A program made the position numbers and the translations under genes. Under the pieces are notes generated by a model. It did not search any database. It was not told the origin of the DNA and worked only from the letters and a program-made list of their open reading frames with translations. Positions 9,698 through 19,071 of a stretch of DNA of 64,000 nt are shown in pieces; position 1 is the first letter of the stretch, and each line of letters starts with the position of its first letter. The stretch lies in assembly GCA_965197935.1 (NCBI GenBank), contig CBDAOD010000002.1, positions 1,809,185 through 1,873,184 of the forward strand, given 5' to 3'. The stretch comes from Vicinamibacterales bacterium (GTDB taxonomy: Bacteria; Acidobacteriota; Vicinamibacteria; Vicinamibacterales; CAZQMT01).

Positions 9698-11092
9698 ATG
9701 ACAGAAGTGAGGGGGAGCGCGACAGCGCTGTCGACGGACCTCTACGAGCTGACCATGATGGCCGGCTACTACGCTGCGGGCGAGACCGGGTCCGCCACGT
9801 TCGACCTCTACGTGCGGGACCTCCCGCCGCAGCGCGGGTTTCTGGTGGCGGCGGGTCTCGATCAGGCGCTGGCCTATCTCGAGTCGCTCCGCTTCGATCC
9901 CGCCGAGATCCGGTATCTGCGGGGACTTCCGCAGCTGAAGGCGGTGCCCGCCGACTTCTTCGACCGATATCTGGCCGGTTTCCGCTTTACGGGGGAGGTC
10001 TGGGCCCTCGAGGAGGGGTGTCCCGTCTTCGCGACCGAGCCCATCCTCCGCGTCACGACTCCGTTGCCCGAGGCGCAGCTCGTGGAGACCGCGCTGCTGG
10101 CCACCCTGATGTTTCAGACGACCATCGCTTCCAAGGCGGCGCGCGTCGTCGCCGCGGCGGCCGGGCGTCCGGTCGTCGAGTACGGCAGCCGCCGCGCCCA
10201 CGGGGTGGAGGCCGGGCTCTACGCGGCGCGGGCGGCCTATCTGGGCGGCTGCGTCGGGACGTCCCACGTCGGGGCGGGCCACCGATTCGGCATTCCCGTC
10301 TCCGGGACGATGGCGCATTCCTGGGTCATGACCTTCTCCGAGGAGATGGAGGCGTTCCGACGCTACACGGATCTCTTCGGGTCGCACGCGACGTTGCTCA
10401 TCGATACATACGACACGGTCGAGGCGGCGCGACGGATCGCGGCGTCCGGTCTGCGCCCCGCGGCGGTCCGGCTCGACAGCGGCGATCTCGGGGCCCTCAG
10501 CGTCGTCGTCCGGACCATCCTCGATGAGGCCGGCTTGCGCGAGACGAGGATTCTGGCCAGCGGGGATCTCGATGAGTGGCGCATCGCCGATCTGCTGGGC
10601 GGCGGTGCACCCATCGACGGCTTCGGCGTCGGCACCGCCCTGTCGACCTCGAGCGACGCGCCCACGCTGTCCGGCGTCTACAAGCTCGCCGAGGTCGATC
10701 GAGACGGCGGGCGCCGCCCGGTCATGAAGCTGAGCGAGGGCAAGCTCACCTATCCTGGCACGAAGCAGGTCTGGCGGCTCCACGGCGGCGAAGCCGGCCG
10801 GCCCCTCGGGTTCCCCCAGCGACCTCACGACGTGATTGCTCTGGCCGACGAGTCTGGCCCCCCGGGCGGCGTGCCGCTGCTGCGTCGGGTGATGACCGGG
10901 GGGCGACGCGAGGCACCCACCGCGTCAATGGAGCAGCTCAGGGCGCGTGCGTGCGCCCTGGTCGCCGGCCTGCCGGCGGCAGTCAGACGGCTCGACGCCC
11001 CGGAGCCGATCGAGGTCAGGCCGAGCGCGGCCCTGGCCGGGCTGACCGATCGCCTGACTCGACGTCTCACCTCGGATTGCCGCCCCGCCTGA
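9698..11092 (+). CDS. pncB: nicotinate phosphoribosyltransferase
   Basis: LSTDLYELTMMAGYY N-terminus and the GTMAHSWV motif. 464 aa. Confidence 0.9.
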   Translation: MTEVRGSATALSTDLYELTMMAGYYAAGETGSATFDLYVRDLPPQRGFLVAAGLDQALAYLESLRFDPAEIRYLRGLPQLKAVPADFFDRYLAGFRFTGEVWALEEGCPVFATEPILRVTTPLPEAQLVETALLATLMFQTTIASKAARVVAAAAGRPVVEYGSRRAHGVEAGLYAARAAYLGGCVGTSHVGAGHRFGIPVSGTMAHSWVMTFSEEMEAFRRYTDLFGSHATLLIDTYDTVEAARRIAASGLRPAAVRLDSGDLGALSVVVRTILDEAGLRETRILASGDLDEWRIADLLGGGAPIDGFGVGTALSTSSDAPTLSGVYKLAEVDRDGGRRPVMKLSEGKLTYPGTKQVWRLHGGEAGRPLGFPQRPHDVIALADESGPPGGVPLLRRVMTGGRREAPTASMEQLRARACALVAGLPAAVRRLDAPEPIEVRPSAALAGLTDRLTRRLTSDCRPA

Positions 11093-11112
11093 GCGCGGAC
11101 GCCGGCGGGGGG

Positions 11113-11871
11113 TCATCCCACCGCCGGCAGCTGCGCCTCGACGAGATTCAGAACCGTCTCCGCCGGCCCCTGGAGGGCCAGATCGAGCCGGCCGGTCACC
11201 GGTGTGGTCTCGGGGTTGACCTCCGCGGTGAACGCTCCGCGGAGGCGGGCCTCCTCCACGAGACCCGCGGCGGGGTAGACGACCGACGAGGTGCCAACCA
11301 CGAGAAACACGTCGCAGGTGACGGCGCGTGCCGCCACGTCGAGCACCGGGGCGGGAATCGGCTCACCGAACCAGACGACCCCGGGTCGCGCCAGACCGCC
11401 GCAGTGGGGACAGCGGGGTGGGAGGCGGGGAAACGGTGCGGTGTCGTCGACCCAGCCCGGCGGGGCGGCCGCACAGCGCGCCCAGCAGCGTAGCTCCCAG
11501 ATCGATCCGTGAAATCGCGTGACGTTCCGGGTGCCCGCCCGCTCGTGGAGGCCGTCGACGTTCTGCGTGAGGAGATGCAAGGACGGATATCGGTGGCTCC
11601 ACGCAGCCAGGATCTCGTGAGCGCGGTTCGGGCGGCAGCTCGCGATGCGCTGGCGACGCCAGTCGTACCACTCCCAGACCAGCGCCGGCTCCCGCGTGAA
11701 CGCCTCGGGCGTCGCCAGCTCCTCGGGACGGTAGTGCTTCCAGAGTCCTCCGGCGCCCCTGAACGTGGGGACGCCGCTGGCCGCCGAGACACCGGCGCCG
11801 GTGACGACGGAGATCCGGGTGCCCGGCTGCAGGCGTCGGGCCAGCTCCGCGGTCGCGCTCTCGAGCGTCAT
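11113..11871 (-). CDS. cobB: NAD-dependent protein deacylase (sirtuin, CobB/Sir2 family)
   Basis: GAGVSAASGVPTFRG, TQNVDGLH, a Zn ribbon C..C...CP.CGG and VVGTSSVVYPAA. Start set at the internal ATG (11871). The upstream 145 codons of the tracked ORF are low-complexity with no similarity. Confidence 0.88.
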   Translation of the reverse strand: MTLESATAELARRLQPGTRISVVTGAGVSAASGVPTFRGAGGLWKHYRPEELATPEAFTREPALVWEWYDWRRQRIASCRPNRAHEILAAWSHRYPSLHLLTQNVDGLHERAGTRNVTRFHGSIWELRCWARCAAAPPGWVDDTAPFPRLPPRCPHCGGLARPGVVWFGEPIPAPVLDVAARAVTCDVFLVVGTSSVVYPAAGLVEEARLRGAFTAEVNPETTPVTGRLDLALQGPAETVLNLVEAQLPAVG

Positions 11872-11998
11872 GGTGAAGTGCAGCAGCGCCGGAGCCTCGA
11901 TGATACTATCTGGGAACCGTCGCGGCGTCCGGAGGCCGCGCGGCACGTCACGGTAAGTCGAATCCAACACGTTCCAGGACCCAGGCGGAGCGGGAGCC

Positions 11999-12991
11999 AT
12001 GGCAACTATTGCAGTCGGTGAGATTCGGTGCGATCCAGGTGAGAAGGCCAGCGGGTACGTGCCCGTCGTCAACCGGGTCGACGGGTCGTCGCTTGGCATC
12101 CCCGTCGTCGTCGTGGCCGGAAAGGCCGACGGGCCGGTGCTGCTCGTGGACGGCGGGATCCACGGAGACGAACCCGAGGGCACGCTGGCCATACTCGAGC
12201 TCGCCCGAGAGCTGGATCCGGCGGCGCTCTCCGGCGTGTTCATCGGTGTGCCGGTCGTGAACGTCGGCGCCTTCGAGGCGATGTCGCGGGGCAACCCGCG
12301 AGACACCCACTCCTACGACATGAACCGGATCTACCCCGGCCGCGAGGCTGGATTCCTGACCGAGCGGGTGGCCCAGATGCATCACCGTCAGATCGCGGCG
12401 CTCGCCGACATGGAGATCACCCTCCACTCCGGCGGCAACATCTGCTATCTGGCCGAGACGATCTTCACCAAGTCCGGTGACACGGCCAGCGAGGAGCTCG
12501 CGCGGGCGATGGGGCCCGACTGGCCGATCATCTTCGAGACGCCGCACCCGGTGGGCACCCCCATGGCGGCCATGTCGGAGCGCGACAAGCCATCCCTCAC
12601 CGTGGAGCTCGGCGGCGCGGCGGGCAGCATGCCGGACGTGCTGTGCCGTGACGTGGCGACGATCAAGGGTGGGCTCGTCAACGTGTGCCGGCACTACGGT
12701 CTGTTGACGGGCACCGCACGGTACGCCGACGGGCACTGGCGGGGCAAGCAGCGGGTCGTACAGGCGAGCCGCAGCGGCCTGATCAATCCGATTCCCGAGC
12801 GCAGGCTCAAGCAACCCATTCAGCAAGGCGAGGTCTTGATGCGGGTGACGGATCTTCTCGGGGAGCCCGTCGAGGAGCTGCGGGCGCCGTGCACGGGCAC
12901 CCTGTTCGGCCTCCGTACCTACCCCAGCGTGACCGCCGGGGACTGGACCCTGTTCTGCGGGGACGCGACCTTCGAACCGGCGAAGCGCTGA
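11999..12991 (+). CDS. succinylglutamate desuccinylase/aspartoacylase-family Zn deacylase
   Basis: GGIHGDEPEG zinc site, a second His in the HSGG context, about 330 aa. First gene of the ATGA-coupled operon. Confidence 0.75.
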   Translation: MATIAVGEIRCDPGEKASGYVPVVNRVDGSSLGIPVVVVAGKADGPVLLVDGGIHGDEPEGTLAILELARELDPAALSGVFIGVPVVNVGAFEAMSRGNPRDTHSYDMNRIYPGREAGFLTERVAQMHHRQIAALADMEITLHSGGNICYLAETIFTKSGDTASEELARAMGPDWPIIFETPHPVGTPMAAMSERDKPSLTVELGGAAGSMPDVLCRDVATIKGGLVNVCRHYGLLTGTARYADGHWRGKQRVVQASRSGLINPIPERRLKQPIQQGEVLMRVTDLLGEPVEELRAPCTGTLFGLRTYPSVTAGDWTLFCGDATFEPAKR

Positions 12992-14148
12992 TGATCTCCC
13001 ACCCCCTCGCGTTGCTGGCCTTCATGTGCCTGGTGGTAGCGTTCGCCCGCGGACTGGAGCGGCGATTCAAGGCCATCGAGAAGATCAGCTCGGCCGTCGT
13101 CTGCACGCTGCTCGGGATCGCGCTCTCGAACCTGGGCATCATCCCGCACGAGTCGGTGATCAACGAGGCCGTCTACACCTACGGCGTGCCCTATGCCATC
13201 GTCCTCGTGATCCTGGCGTCGAACCTGCGCGATCTCAGGGTTGCCGGTGGGCCGATCGTGGTCTGCTTCATCCTCGCCGTCTCCGGCAGCTTCATTGGAG
13301 GGTTAGCGGCCGGGCTGCTCTTCGAGGCCTGGATCGGGCCCGAGACCTGGAAGGTTGCGGGGCAGTTCGCGGGCGCCTTCGCCGGCGGAGGGATGAACTT
13401 CGCCGCCGTGGGACGGGGTCTGGAGACCTCTCCGAGCCTCTTCGCCGCGTCTGCGGTGGTGGACAACCTCTCCACCGTGCCCTGGATGCTGACCCAGGTC
13501 GGCTTGACGGTGGTGCTCGCGCGTTTCTACCCGAAGCTGGGAGAAGGCTGGCTGGCGCCGAAACAGGTGGAGCCGGCGGCGCAGGACTCGGGTGATGACG
13601 ATGACGTGCGCCGCGCGTGGACCACGACCGAGCTGAGCATCACGGACCTGTCGATCCTGGTGGCCCTGCCGCTGGGCGGGCTGTGGCTGGCAGAGCGGCT
13701 GTCGCCGCTCCTGCCGGGCTTTCCGCAGGTCCTGTGGCTGACGACGATGGCGATTGCGCTCGCGCAGGTGCCGGCCATCCGTCGTCTCAAGGGTGCCGCG
13801 GTTCTCTCCTACTTCGCCCTGCATCTGTTCTTCATCGTGATCGGGGCGTCGTCGATCGTGAGCGAGGTCGTCAGCGCGGGCGTTTCGCTGTTCGGCTTCA
13901 TGATCTTCATCATCGTGATTCACGCTGTCGTGGTGTACGGCGTCGGCTGGCTGCTACGCTTCGACCTGCCGACGATCGCGCTCGCGAGCCAGTCCGCCAT
14001 CGGCGGCCCCGGATCCTCGTTGGCGCTCGCCATGTCGATGAAGTGGAAGACGCTCGTCACGCCCAGCATCATCGTGGGCATCTTCGGCTATGCGCTGGGC
14101 AACTACCTCGGCTTCGCGTGCGCGTATCTCGTGCAGGCGCTCGGATGA
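12991..14148 (+). CDS. polytopic membrane protein, DUF819-like putative transporter
   Basis: About 385 aa with more than 10 hydrophobic helices. ATG overlaps the upstream stop (ATGA at 12989-12993). The family call is from memory of DUF819 N-terminal patterns. Confidence 0.55.
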   Translation: MISHPLALLAFMCLVVAFARGLERRFKAIEKISSAVVCTLLGIALSNLGIIPHESVINEAVYTYGVPYAIVLVILASNLRDLRVAGGPIVVCFILAVSGSFIGGLAAGLLFEAWIGPETWKVAGQFAGAFAGGGMNFAAVGRGLETSPSLFAASAVVDNLSTVPWMLTQVGLTVVLARFYPKLGEGWLAPKQVEPAAQDSGDDDDVRRAWTTTELSITDLSILVALPLGGLWLAERLSPLLPGFPQVLWLTTMAIALAQVPAIRRLKGAAVLSYFALHLFFIVIGASSIVSEVVSAGVSLFGFMIFIIVIHAVVVYGVGWLLRFDLPTIALASQSAIGGPGSSLALAMSMKWKTLVTPSIIVGIFGYALGNYLGFACAYLVQALG

Positions 14149-14930
14149 GCGGGAGGCTGTCCGGCGAGATCGTCGTCGTCACGGGTGCGGGGCGCGGCCT
14201 CGGGCGTGCCGTGGCCCTCGGGCTGGCTCGCGAGGGTGCCGCGGTGTGGATCTGCGCGCGAACCGAGCCCGAGCTCGACACGACGGCGGCGAGCATCAGG
14301 GCGGAGGGCGGCGTCGTCGAGGTGCGATCGGTCGATCTGGCCGACACCCGGGCCTGCGCCGACTTTGTGTCGGACGTCCTGGGCGCGGCCGGCCGGGTGG
14401 ACGTCCTGGTCAACAACGCCGCGGTGCTGGATCTGCTGCCGGTCGAGCGCCTCGACCGCGAGCGCTGGGACCGGACCCTGGCGGTCAACCTGACCGCGCC
14501 GTTTGTCCTGTCGCAGGGTGTGCTGCCGGGGATGCGCACCCGTGGCGGCTCGATCGTCAACGTGTCGTCTCGCGCCGGGGTGTCCGGCTTTGCCGACGAG
14601 GCGGCCTACTGCGCCTCGAAGTTCGGCCTCGAAGGCCTCTCGCGCGCGCTGGCGGTCGAGCTCGCGGAGACGGACGTCAGCGTCAACACGATCACGCCGG
14701 GGCTGAAGATCAAGCCGACGTCGGTGACCGACGTCCAGGTGGCGCAGCGTGCCCCGGCCGAGCGGGACGTCTGGAACGACCCCGCCCGACTGGTCCCCGC
14801 TTTCGTCTGGCTGAGCCGTCTGCGGGGCGAGGTGAGCGGGCGCCGTTTCGATGCGCACGCGCTCTCGCGCGCGCTCGACGCCGAGGGGTTCGCGCTGTCG
14901 CCCGAGAGGGCCGCCCAGATCGCCGAATGA
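14145..14930 (+). CDS. short-chain dehydrogenase/reductase (SDR)
   Basis: TGAGRGLG Rossmann motif, NNAA, and the S...YxxxK catalytic context (YCASK). ATGA overlap with the upstream gene. Confidence 0.85.
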   Translation: MSGRLSGEIVVVTGAGRGLGRAVALGLAREGAAVWICARTEPELDTTAASIRAEGGVVEVRSVDLADTRACADFVSDVLGAAGRVDVLVNNAAVLDLLPVERLDRERWDRTLAVNLTAPFVLSQGVLPGMRTRGGSIVNVSSRAGVSGFADEAAYCASKFGLEGLSRALAVELAETDVSVNTITPGLKIKPTSVTDVQVAQRAPAERDVWNDPARLVPAFVWLSRLRGEVSGRRFDAHALSRALDAEGFALSPERAAQIAE

Positions 14931-15730
14931 CGTCCGCCTCCGAGCTGCGAGCCGGTGTGTCGATGGCCCAGAGGTTGGCCGACCGGGCGGAGCGTGCCCG
15001 GGCACCGAGCGCCGAGCTGGACACGTGCGGCCGGACCGCGCCGGTGCCGCCATCTATCCTCGGGGCCGTGCGCGACGCGTTGTTGGGGGGCGAGACCCAC
15101 TACACGAGTCGCCCAGGAATCCCGGAGCTGCGTCAGCGGCTCGCTCGGGAGGTGGCGCGACTCGGCGGCCCCACCTACGGTCCCGACGCGGTCGTCGTCA
15201 CCGCCAGCGATCGCGAGGCGCTCTGCGCGACGCTGCTGGCGATGCGGTTCGACGCTGGCGCGGTCCTCGTCTCGACAGGGGCCGCGGCGCGTCACGCTCG
15301 ACTCTTCCGCATGCTCCAGCTGTTTCCCGCGGTGGCGACCCGTCCTCCGGCAGCGACTCGGCTGACGCGGCTCGTCTATCGGGAGTGGCCGGGGGACCGC
15401 GTCGAGCATGACGCGCTGCGTCGCCTGGCCGTCGAGACGCTCCGGCCCGGCGCGCAGGGCATCGGCGACGTGGTCGGCATGGTTGATTTCGGTACGCGGC
15501 TGGGACGAGCACCCGGCGAGTTCCCGCCGCTCAGCTCGGACCACACGATCCTCATCGGCAGCCTGGACTCGCTCCCGGGCCTGGCGTCGTTCGGGCTCGG
15601 CTTCGTTGCCGGCCCGCCGACCGCGATGGGACCGATCCGCACGTGGAAGCAGGCGCTCTCGATCTGCACGCCGGCGCCGTCACAGCGCGCGGCTCTCGCC
15701 GCCCTTGAGACCGCGGTCGGAGACGTATGA
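14927..15730 (+). CDS. truncated, probably catalytically dead class I/II aminotransferase-like protein
   Basis: 267 aa. The N-terminal half aligns with aminotransferase fold-type I (YTSRPGIPELRQRLA, VVVTASDREAL). At the position of the SKT..M.G.R.G PLP-lysine motif it reads SLDSLPGLASFGLG (Lys->Ser, Arg->Gly). The C-terminal small domain is absent. Confidence 0.55.
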   Translation: MTSASELRAGVSMAQRLADRAERARAPSAELDTCGRTAPVPPSILGAVRDALLGGETHYTSRPGIPELRQRLAREVARLGGPTYGPDAVVVTASDREALCATLLAMRFDAGAVLVSTGAAARHARLFRMLQLFPAVATRPPAATRLTRLVYREWPGDRVEHDALRRLAVETLRPGAQGIGDVVGMVDFGTRLGRAPGEFPPLSSDHTILIGSLDSLPGLASFGLGFVAGPPTAMGPIRTWKQALSICTPAPSQRAALAALETAVGDV

Positions 15731-16899
15731 GCACACACGCTCGAGCGCCGGTCGAGCAAAAGACGGAGACACGTTACAACCTGGTCGAGATGGCGTCGCG
15801 CATGAGCGACGTGATCACCCTCGGCCGCGGCGACCCCGATCTCGATACCCCGGGCCCGATCATCGACGGTGCGTTCCAGCTCATGGACGGACCGATCGAA
15901 CGGCCTCCGGTACGTGGGCTCGATCGGCTGCGGCAGGCCATCGCCGCCCGTTACGAGCGAGACAGGCGGCTGGTCGTGGACCCGGGACGGGAGATCCTCG
16001 TCACCAACGGGGCTCAGGAGGGGCTCTTCCTGGCGCTCCTCGCCCTGGTGAACCCCGGTGACGGCGTTCTGATGACCGACCCGCGTTACTCGGCCTACGA
16101 TCAGGCGGTCGACGCGGCGGGTGGGCGGCTGGTCCTGGTCCCAACCGGTCGAGATCACGACTTCGCCCCGGAGCCGGCCGAGATCCAGGAGCGGGCCGGT
16201 CGCGCGAAGGTGCTCGTGCTCGTCAACCCCAGCAACCCGACCGGCGCGATGGTGCACCCCGAGGGGGTCCGGGCGATCGCGGACGTGGCCCGGCGGGCCG
16301 GGCTGCTGGTCGTGTCGGACGAGATCTACGAGGGGCTCGTCTTCGACGGTGTCGAGGTGTGCTCCGTGGCCACATGCGAGGGGATGCGGGACAGCACGGT
16401 CACCCTGTCGGGATTCTCCAAGACCTACGCGATGACCGGGTTTCGGGTGGGGTACCTGATTGGCCCGCCAGCGTTTATCGAGGCGGCCGCGAGCCTCAAG
16501 GCCGCCATCTCCGGTCCGGGGCCGTTGCTCCCCCAGTGCGCGGCGCTCGCGGCGCTCGAGGGTCCGCAGGAGTCGATGGAGGCGTTCCGGCAGACGTTCG
16601 ACGGCCGCAGGCGGTTGATGATGCGCGGGCTCGACGAGCTCGGGATCCCCTACGGCTACCCCGGCGGCGGATTCTTCGTCTGGGCGGACATCTCGCGGTT
16701 CGGGATCCCGTCGGGTGAGTTCTGTCACCGTCTGCTGAGCGAGGCCCGGGTCCTCGTGTTTCCTGGGACCTCCTTTGGGTCGGCCTGGGAATACTACGTA
16801 CGCATCTCGCTGCTCCAGCCCGAGGAGCGCATCACCGAGGCGCTGACGCGGCTCAAACAGTTCCTGGACTCGCACCCGGACGAGAGGACATCGGCATGA
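15727..16899 (+). CDS. PLP-dependent aminotransferase, class I/II (aspartate aminotransferase-like)
   Basis: 390 aa. ITLGRGDPD, NPSNPTG, and FSKTYAMTGFRVGY with the PLP lysine. Confidence 0.9.
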   Translation: MSTHARAPVEQKTETRYNLVEMASRMSDVITLGRGDPDLDTPGPIIDGAFQLMDGPIERPPVRGLDRLRQAIAARYERDRRLVVDPGREILVTNGAQEGLFLALLALVNPGDGVLMTDPRYSAYDQAVDAAGGRLVLVPTGRDHDFAPEPAEIQERAGRAKVLVLVNPSNPTGAMVHPEGVRAIADVARRAGLLVVSDEIYEGLVFDGVEVCSVATCEGMRDSTVTLSGFSKTYAMTGFRVGYLIGPPAFIEAAASLKAAISGPGPLLPQCAALAALEGPQESMEAFRQTFDGRRRLMMRGLDELGIPYGYPGGGFFVWADISRFGIPSGEFCHRLLSEARVLVFPGTSFGSAWEYYVRISLLQPEERITEALTRLKQFLDSHPDERTSA

Positions 16900-17663
16900 G
16901 TGGACGCCTGGAGGGCCGGGTCGCGATCGTGACCGGAGGCGGCGCGGGAATCGGCCACGCCACGGCGCGCCGATTCGCGGCAGAAGGGGCGCGGGTGGTG
17001 ATTGCCGAGAAGGTGGCGGACGCGGCGGTGGCCGCGGCCGCGGAGATCGAGCGCGCCGGCGGCGCGGCGCTGGCGGTGCCGGCCGATGTGTCCCGGGCGG
17101 ACGAGGCCGCCGGCGTCGTGTCGCGGGCGGTGGCGCGGTTCTCGACCGTCGACGTCCTGGTCAACAACGCCGGCGTGGAGCTCAAGCGGGCGGTCGAGGA
17201 CACCACCGAAGAGGAGTGGGACAGGGTCCTGGCGGTCAATCTCAAGTCCGCCTTCCTCATGTCCAAGCACGTCATCCCGATCATGAAGTCGCAGCGTCGA
17301 GGGGCGATCGTGAACAACTCCTCGGTGGGCAACTTCATCGCGGCGGTGAACAGCGCGGCGTACGGCGCATCGAAGGCCGGCATGATGGCGCTGACGCGGG
17401 GCATGGCGCTCGAGCTGGCTCCCTTCGGGATCCGGGTTAACGCCGTGTGCCCGGGCGTGATCGACACGCCCATGAACCAGCGCAACCTCGCGCGCGCGGC
17501 GGACCCCGAGGCCATGCGGCGGTCGTGGTACGAGATCACGCCGCTCGGCAGGCTGGGCACGCCGGACGATGTGGCGGCGGCGCTGCTGTTTCTGGCGTCG
17601 GATGAGGCGGGGTTCATCACCGGCGCGCCGCTGGTCATCGACGGCGGCCGCATGGTGCAGTGA
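16896..17663 (+). CDS. SDR-family oxidoreductase (FabG/glucose dehydrogenase-like)
   Basis: TGGGAGIG, NNAG, S...YGASK and PGVIDTPM. Confidence 0.9.
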   Translation: MSGRLEGRVAIVTGGGAGIGHATARRFAAEGARVVIAEKVADAAVAAAAEIERAGGAALAVPADVSRADEAAGVVSRAVARFSTVDVLVNNAGVELKRAVEDTTEEEWDRVLAVNLKSAFLMSKHVIPIMKSQRRGAIVNNSSVGNFIAAVNSAAYGASKAGMMALTRGMALELAPFGIRVNAVCPGVIDTPMNQRNLARAADPEAMRRSWYEITPLGRLGTPDDVAAALLFLASDEAGFITGAPLVIDGGRMVQ

Positions 17664-17670
17664 TCTGCGG

Positions 17671-19068
17671 ATGGCTGACGATCTCCTCCTGACCGGCGGC
17701 ACCCTGGTCACCGCCACCGACACCTACAAGGCCGATCTGCTCGTCCGCGACGGGCGCATCGCCGCCATCGGCGACGATCTCTCGGCCGACTGCGAGACCG
17801 TGGACGCCGCAGGGCGGCTGGTCGTGCCGGGCGCGATCGATACCCACGTCCATCTCGCGCACGCGATCGACCGGTTGGGTCTCGTGACCGCGGACGACTT
17901 CCACAGCGGGACCGTCGCGGCGGCGTGCGGCGGCGTCACGACGATCGTCGATTTCGCCGTGCAGCGCCGGGGCGAGTCGCTCGAGCAGGCGCTGGCGAAC
18001 CGCCTGCCCGCCGCCGAGGGTCAGGCGGTGATCGACTTCGGCTTCCACATCATCGTCACGGACGTGCGGGATGACGTGCTGCGCGAGATTCCCCGCCTGA
18101 TCGAGATGGGGTGCCCGTCGTTCAAGATCTACATGACGTATCGCGACAAGATCGTCGACGACGCCGGTCTGCTGCGCGTGCTCGAGCGCTGCGCCGAGCA
18201 CGGCGGGTTGGTCTACGTCCACTGCGAGAACGACTGCGCCGTGACGCATCTGATCGAGCGGTCGCTCTCCCGCGGTGACGTCGCACCCGGATTCCACGCG
18301 CGGAGCCGGCCGCCGATGGTCGAGGGAGAGGCAACGAACCGGGCTCTCGTCCTGGCGGAGCTGGCCGGCGCGCCGATCTGCGTGGCCCACGTGACGGCCG
18401 CCGAGTCGCTCGAGCGGGTCGAGGCCGCTCGACACCGCGGCGCGGCCGCGTTTTGCGAGACCTGCCCTCAGTATCTCGTGCTCACCGACCAGTGCTACGC
18501 TGCCGACCAGGGATTCGAGGCGGCGAAGTTCGTCTGCAGCCCGCCGCTCCGGGGCACGGCGCATCGACAGGCGTTGTGGGAGGGGCTTAGACGCGGCAGC
18601 ATTCAGCAGGTGTCGTCCGACCACGCGCCGTTTCGCTTTGCGGATCAGAAGCAGCTCGGCCAGGACGACTTCACCCGAATCCCGAACGGCCTGCCCGGCA
18701 TCGAGAACCGGATGCCGCTGCTGTTCTCGGAGGGCGTCGCGGCCGGACGCCTGTCGCTGAACCGGTTCGTGTCGCTGGTCTCGACCAACCCGGCGAAGCT
18801 GTTCGGCCTCTACCCGCTCAAGGGTTCCCTGGCCATTGGAGCCGATGCGGATCTGGTCGTGATCGACCCCGATCGCGAGCAGACGATCGACCATCGCACG
18901 TTGCATCATCGGGTCGACTACTCGCCGTACGATGGCATGCGTCTCCGGGGGGCGCCCGTGCTCACGGTGGCGCGCGGCGCGATCGTCAGCCGCGATGGCC
19001 GGCCGACCGTGTCCCCCGGACGCGGTCGGTTCGTGCCGCGACGCGCCTGGGGCGGTTGGGATCTGTAG
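17671..19068 (+). CDS. dihydropyrimidinase / D-hydantoinase-type cyclic amidohydrolase
   Basis: 465 aa. PGAIDTHVHL metal site, FKIYMTY (carboxylated-Lys context), HCEN and SDHAP motifs. Start set at ATG 17671 rather than the upstream tracked start. Confidence 0.85.
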   Translation: MADDLLLTGGTLVTATDTYKADLLVRDGRIAAIGDDLSADCETVDAAGRLVVPGAIDTHVHLAHAIDRLGLVTADDFHSGTVAAACGGVTTIVDFAVQRRGESLEQALANRLPAAEGQAVIDFGFHIIVTDVRDDVLREIPRLIEMGCPSFKIYMTYRDKIVDDAGLLRVLERCAEHGGLVYVHCENDCAVTHLIERSLSRGDVAPGFHARSRPPMVEGEATNRALVLAELAGAPICVAHVTAAESLERVEAARHRGAAAFCETCPQYLVLTDQCYAADQGFEAAKFVCSPPLRGTAHRQALWEGLRRGSIQQVSSDHAPFRFADQKQLGQDDFTRIPNGLPGIENRMPLLFSEGVAAGRLSLNRFVSLVSTNPAKLFGLYPLKGSLAIGADADLVVIDPDREQTIDHRTLHHRVDYSPYDGMRLRGAPVLTVARGAIVSRDGRPTVSPGRGRFVPRRAWGGWDL

Positions 19069-19071
19069 GAC

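Noticed and set aside
11872-12306. 145-codon N-terminal extension of the sirtuin ORF
   Set aside because: It is Ser/Pro/Thr-rich with no sirtuin similarity and overlaps the divergent deacylase gene start. The Rossmann motif begins about 20 residues after the internal ATG at 11871.
12685-12990. Upstream extensions of the DUF819, SDR (13617-14144), aminotransferase-like (14090-14926) and hydantoinase (17569-17670) ORFs
   Set aside because: They are out-of-frame read-throughs over the preceding genes. ATGA-coupled internal starts give proteins of canonical length.
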